A stretch of DNA of 61,761 nucleotides, taken from contig JAJBUL010000237.1 of the NCBI GenBank assembly GCA_020860365.1, positions 1 to 61,761 of the forward strand. The letters run 5' to 3'. Shown in pieces: positions 58,620 through 61,761 of this stretch (its first letter is position 1; each line of letters begins with the position of its first letter). Below the pieces are notes generated by a model that did not search any database, was not told where the DNA came from, and saw only the letters and a program-made list of their open reading frames with translations. A program made the translations under genes and the position numbers. Origin of the DNA: Clostridiales bacterium. Its GTDB lineage: Bacteria > Bacillota > Clostridia > Lachnospirales > Lachnospiraceae.

Positions 58620-60166
58620 TGTAAATCCCCCATTTCCTCCGGGGTCATCCTTCTGACGCCCAGCATATACTCTCCAAGCACCTCATCGGTGACCGCCTTT
58701 ACGTTATGAAATTGGGCAACAATTTCCCCGTCTTTCATCACCAGCAGCCGATCGGAGACCTCCATGATTTCATTCAGATCGGAGGAAATCAGCAGGACGC
58801 CTCGGTTGAACTCTCTGGTATACTTCACCAACAGCCGTCGGATCAGATCCGAAGTCCCTACGTCAATGCCTCGAGTCGGCTGATTTGCAATGATAAAATT
58901 CGCATCCCCAGAGAATTCTCTGGCCACGATCACCTTTTGAATATTACCGCCTGAAAGAAATTTAATATTTTCATTTCCATCACTGCAGGCCACTTCAAAG
59001 TCTTTGATCGACTGATCCACAAACTCGTTCAGTTTCTTCATATTTAAAAATGGTCCCTTGCTAAACTCTCCCTTTGTCAGAGAAGTTGCTACCAAATTAT
59101 CCCGAATTGACAGATCTCCAGCGATCCCATATTTCATGCGATCCTCTGACACATGCGCAAGACCAAGGTCACGGATTTTTCGGATCGAGAGACCATTGGT
59201 CTCTTTTCCATGCAGCTGGAGACTTCCGGATGTACGCTCAATGATACCGGAAAGAAGCTCTGAGAGCTCGGTCTGGCCATTTCCTTCGACCCCGGCAATT
59301 CCTACCACTTCACCCGCACGAACACCGAAACTCAGATCCTTAATAATCTGCTTTCCAAAATGATCCAGATAATTCAGCTTTTCTACATGAAGGATCGTTT
59401 TCTCTGGCCTTGCCGGTGCTTTCTCAATCGTCAGATCCACTTCACGCTCTACCATCATCTTGGACATCTTCGCCGTGTCCAGATCTTCGATCGCCGCCTG
59501 TCCGGTAACTCTGCCATGCCGCAATACGGTACAGCGGTCACACAGCTCCATCACTTCTTCTAGCTTATGCGAAATAAAAACAATTCCATGTCCCTGCTCA
59601 CGCAATAACTTCAGCTGAATAAACAGTTCCCTCGTCTCCTGCGGTGTCAACACAGCGGTCGGCTCGTCCATAATCAGCACATTAACATTACGAATCAGTG
59701 CTTTCAGCAGTTCTACTTTCTGCTTCTGCCCTACTGTCAGGTCACGGATCAGTGCATTCGGATCCACCTCCATCTGGTATTTCTCTATCACTTCCCGGGT
59801 CATTTCCACCGCTTTCTTCTTGTCAAAAAGCATTCCTTTCCCCGGTTCCATACCCAGAATCACATTCTCTGCCACAGACAGATTCGGCACCTGCATGAAA
59901 TGCTGGTGAACCATACCCACGCCCTTGGCAATCGCGTCCAGCGGGCTCGCAATCTGCGTTTCTTCCCCATTTATGTAGATTTTCCCTTCCTGATGGCTCT
60001 CAAGACCAAAAAGAATTTTCATCAGGGTGGTCTTTCCGGCTCCGTTTTCACCAATCAGGCCATGTATCTCACTTTCATTGATTGAGAAGGTTACGTCTTT
60101 ATTGGCCATAAATCCGTTGGGATAAATCTTTGTGATTCCTTCCATCTTCAATAATTCTTTTGCCAT
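58616..60166 (-). CDS. Nucleoside/simple-sugar ABC ATPase, tandem domains (NupA/YufO-like)
   Basis: ATG 60166; 'GENGAGKTTLM', 'GMVHQHF', 'DEPTAVLTPQE', 'LSGGNIQK', 'QPTRGIDVG'. Confidence 0.93.
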   Translation of the reverse strand: MAKELLKMEGITKIYPNGFMANKDVTFSINESEIHGLIGENGAGKTTLMKILFGLESHQEGKIYINGEETQIASPLDAIAKGVGMVHQHFMQVPNLSVAENVILGMEPGKGMLFDKKKAVEMTREVIEKYQMEVDPNALIRDLTVGQKQKVELLKALIRNVNVLIMDEPTAVLTPQETRELFIQLKLLREQGHGIVFISHKLEEVMELCDRCTVLRHGRVTGQAAIEDLDTAKMSKMMVEREVDLTIEKAPARPEKTILHVEKLNYLDHFGKQIIKDLSFGVRAGEVVGIAGVEGNGQTELSELLSGIIERTSGSLQLHGKETNGLSIRKIRDLGLAHVSEDRMKYGIAGDLSIRDNLVATSLTKGEFSKGPFLNMKKLNEFVDQSIKDFEVACSDGNENIKFLSGGNIQKVIVAREFSGDANFIIANQPTRGIDVGTSDLIRRLLVKYTREFNRGVLLISSDLNEIMEVSDRLLVMKDGEIVAQFHNVKAVTDEVLGEYMLGVRRMTPEEMGDLQ

Positions 60167-60293
60167 GACATCCCTTTCCGTATCTCTATACTGACTGAGC
60201 AGGCGGCAGCTATTTCGCCTCCTGCTCACACATAGGCCGCATCTGACACTGATCAGAAATATTTCTGTCGCGTCCCTGTGCATTATAATACCT

Positions 60294-60322
60294 GCGGGGT
60301 AAATGCCAGGCATTTACCCCGC
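60294..60322. other. Perfect 14-bp inverted repeat after the BMP gene (stabilising hairpin or attenuator)
   Basis: gcggggtaaatgcc-a-ggcatttaccccgc. Confidence 0.7.
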
Positions 60323-60364
60323 TTCATGGTCTGTTTTCACTTGACCTCACATTAAGCCGTTTTC

Positions 60365-61486
60365 TCACTGGTCACGGTACTCTTCAAATTCCTCATAGGT
60401 ATCAAAATCATAATAAGAAGGAACCTCAATCTCGCCACTTCCAATCTTATCAATGATATCATAAATCACTTCACGAACTTCCTCCGGTGTATTCTCCAGA
60501 TAATAATCGTTCTCCAGAATTCCTACGCCATCCTCCGCTACACCGTACAGCCGGTTGCCTGTCTCAATGCTCCCATCGCCAGACTCTACACTGTCAATGA
60601 TCGCTTTTGCGCATGGTGCAATATTCTTTGTGATCGAAGTGAGGATGTTTTCATACCCAACCGCCGACTCACTACCTTCGTCAGCCAGACTCTTGAAATA
60701 GGAATACTGGTCATAATCGCATCCCATAATGAAGTAGCCTTCTTCAATTCCGCCGTGCTCTTCCGCTGCCTGTGCCGCGCCAAGCATCATCTGCGCTGTG
60801 ATTGGCCATACCACGTCGCACCCGCTGTCATACATTACATTCATCTGCTCATATACAGCGGACATACTGGTCTCAACCAGATACGCATGCAGATATTCCA
60901 CATCCAGCCCCAGATCATTCTGCGCATACCGTGCACCCGCAAGCCATCCGGTACTGAAATCGTTCAAAATCGGGCTATCGGTAGAGAGAACACCGATCTT
61001 TCCGACTTTTGTCATCTCAGCCTGCAAAATAGCCGCCACGAAAGAGCTCTCATTCTGTGCAAAAGAAATGCCGTAAATATTATCCCCCTCATAAACCGTA
61101 TCACGGCCAGTATCATAGAGAATAAATGTCGTATCCGGATACTCCGCAACGGTATCATTCAGAATATCTGAAATATACCAGTCTGGTCCAAGGAAATAAT
61201 CATAGTGTGTCGTTTCCAGAGCGTCATAGAAGCTGTTTACAGCCAGAGCCGCATCATATGATCCATACTCTACCAGGGTCATATCCCACCCATACTCTTC
61301 ACAAACCTCCTGTGCCGCGCTGTAACCCATATCCGACAGGCCAAAGTCCCCAATAAATGCAGTAAAGAACAGCAGCTTCTTACTTCCCTCTTCAGCCAAA
61401 GCTGTCCCCGGCATTGCTCCCAGGGCTGCTGCTGCCACTCCTGCCACTGAACCACGCAGAAAATCTCTTCTGGATATTTTTTTCAT
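60365..61486 (-). CDS. BMP (basic membrane protein/PnrA-like) solute-binding protein with a twin-arginine leader
   Basis: 'SRRDFLRG'; 'IGDFG', 'FAQNESSF', 'MGCDYDQ', 'ILTSITKN'; SD GGAGG. Confidence 0.88.
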   Translation of the reverse strand: MKKISRRDFLRGSVAGVAAAALGAMPGTALAEEGSKKLLFFTAFIGDFGLSDMGYSAAQEVCEEYGWDMTLVEYGSYDAALAVNSFYDALETTHYDYFLGPDWYISDILNDTVAEYPDTTFILYDTGRDTVYEGDNIYGISFAQNESSFVAAILQAEMTKVGKIGVLSTDSPILNDFSTGWLAGARYAQNDLGLDVEYLHAYLVETSMSAVYEQMNVMYDSGCDVVWPITAQMMLGAAQAAEEHGGIEEGYFIMGCDYDQYSYFKSLADEGSESAVGYENILTSITKNIAPCAKAIIDSVESGDGSIETGNRLYGVAEDGVGILENDYYLENTPEEVREVIYDIIDKIGSGEIEVPSYYDFDTYEEFEEYRDQ

Positions 61487-61722
61487 GTTACTTTTCCTCC
61501 TTTTTTGAGTTTATTATACGGCCATAGACAGCACCGCTTACTCACACATTTCTGTTCATTATCTGTTCTTCCCGTTCTTCTAGATGTTCATTTAATTTGT
61601 ATTTCATCCAAAGAGAACATTATCAAAAAGCAAAACAACACAATATTTGCTCTTTTCCGTTCATATTTGTTTGGAAAGTTTGTTTTCACCCCCCCCTAGC
61701 CCCTTTATTTTTGTGTATTTTT

Positions 61723-61750
61723 ACTATAATATCATTTTTTTATTTGTCAA
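61723..61750 (-). promoter_or_regulatory. Putative sigma-A promoter of the BMP/SIS operon
   Basis: Minus strand TTGACA-N16-TATAGT. Confidence 0.55.
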
Positions 61751-61761
61751 CAGGTAAATCT

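Overview
About 62 kb of chromosome from a moderately GC-rich, probably spore-forming Clostridia bacterium, most likely Lachnospiraceae. This is inferred from spmB and cwlD-like genes, sua5-ywlE-rpiB-upp synteny and YesMN/LplBC sugar loci. 1-14 kb: housekeeping and sporulation genes, a 1.4-kaa sortase-type surface protein, and an AT-richer Rpn (PD-(D/E)XK) nuclease gene with an internal SD+ATG that suggests an intragenic antitoxin. 14-24.5 kb: a two-component-regulated alpha-glucoside ABC/GH31 locus ending in a GH13 remnant. 24.6-38.5 kb: a cluster around two tandem LysR genes, with an Opp-type importer, an esterase and three metallohydrolase-fold proteins that each lack canonical metal ligands. 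39-42.8 kb: a MarR-associated nitrogenase-like operon made of a 139-aa single-domain component-1 fragment, a 524-aa Cys-poor component-1 subunit and a NifH with a 2-nt frameshift and a duplicated C-terminus. 42.9-61.7 kb: a UvrA2-like ATPase and a long catabolic operon (nucleoside-type BMP ABC importer, two paralogous pairs of SIS proteins, a MAK32-like PfkB kinase with Asn at the catalytic Asp position, BtpA/SgcQ, a MalY/PatB PLP enzyme, two MFS). All three solute-binding proteins carry twin-arginine leaders with no lipobox Cys. No rRNA, tRNA, CRISPR array or IS was recognised. Two frameshifts fall in simple repeats and may be sequencing errors. All assignments come from motif recognition by eye; no database search was run.
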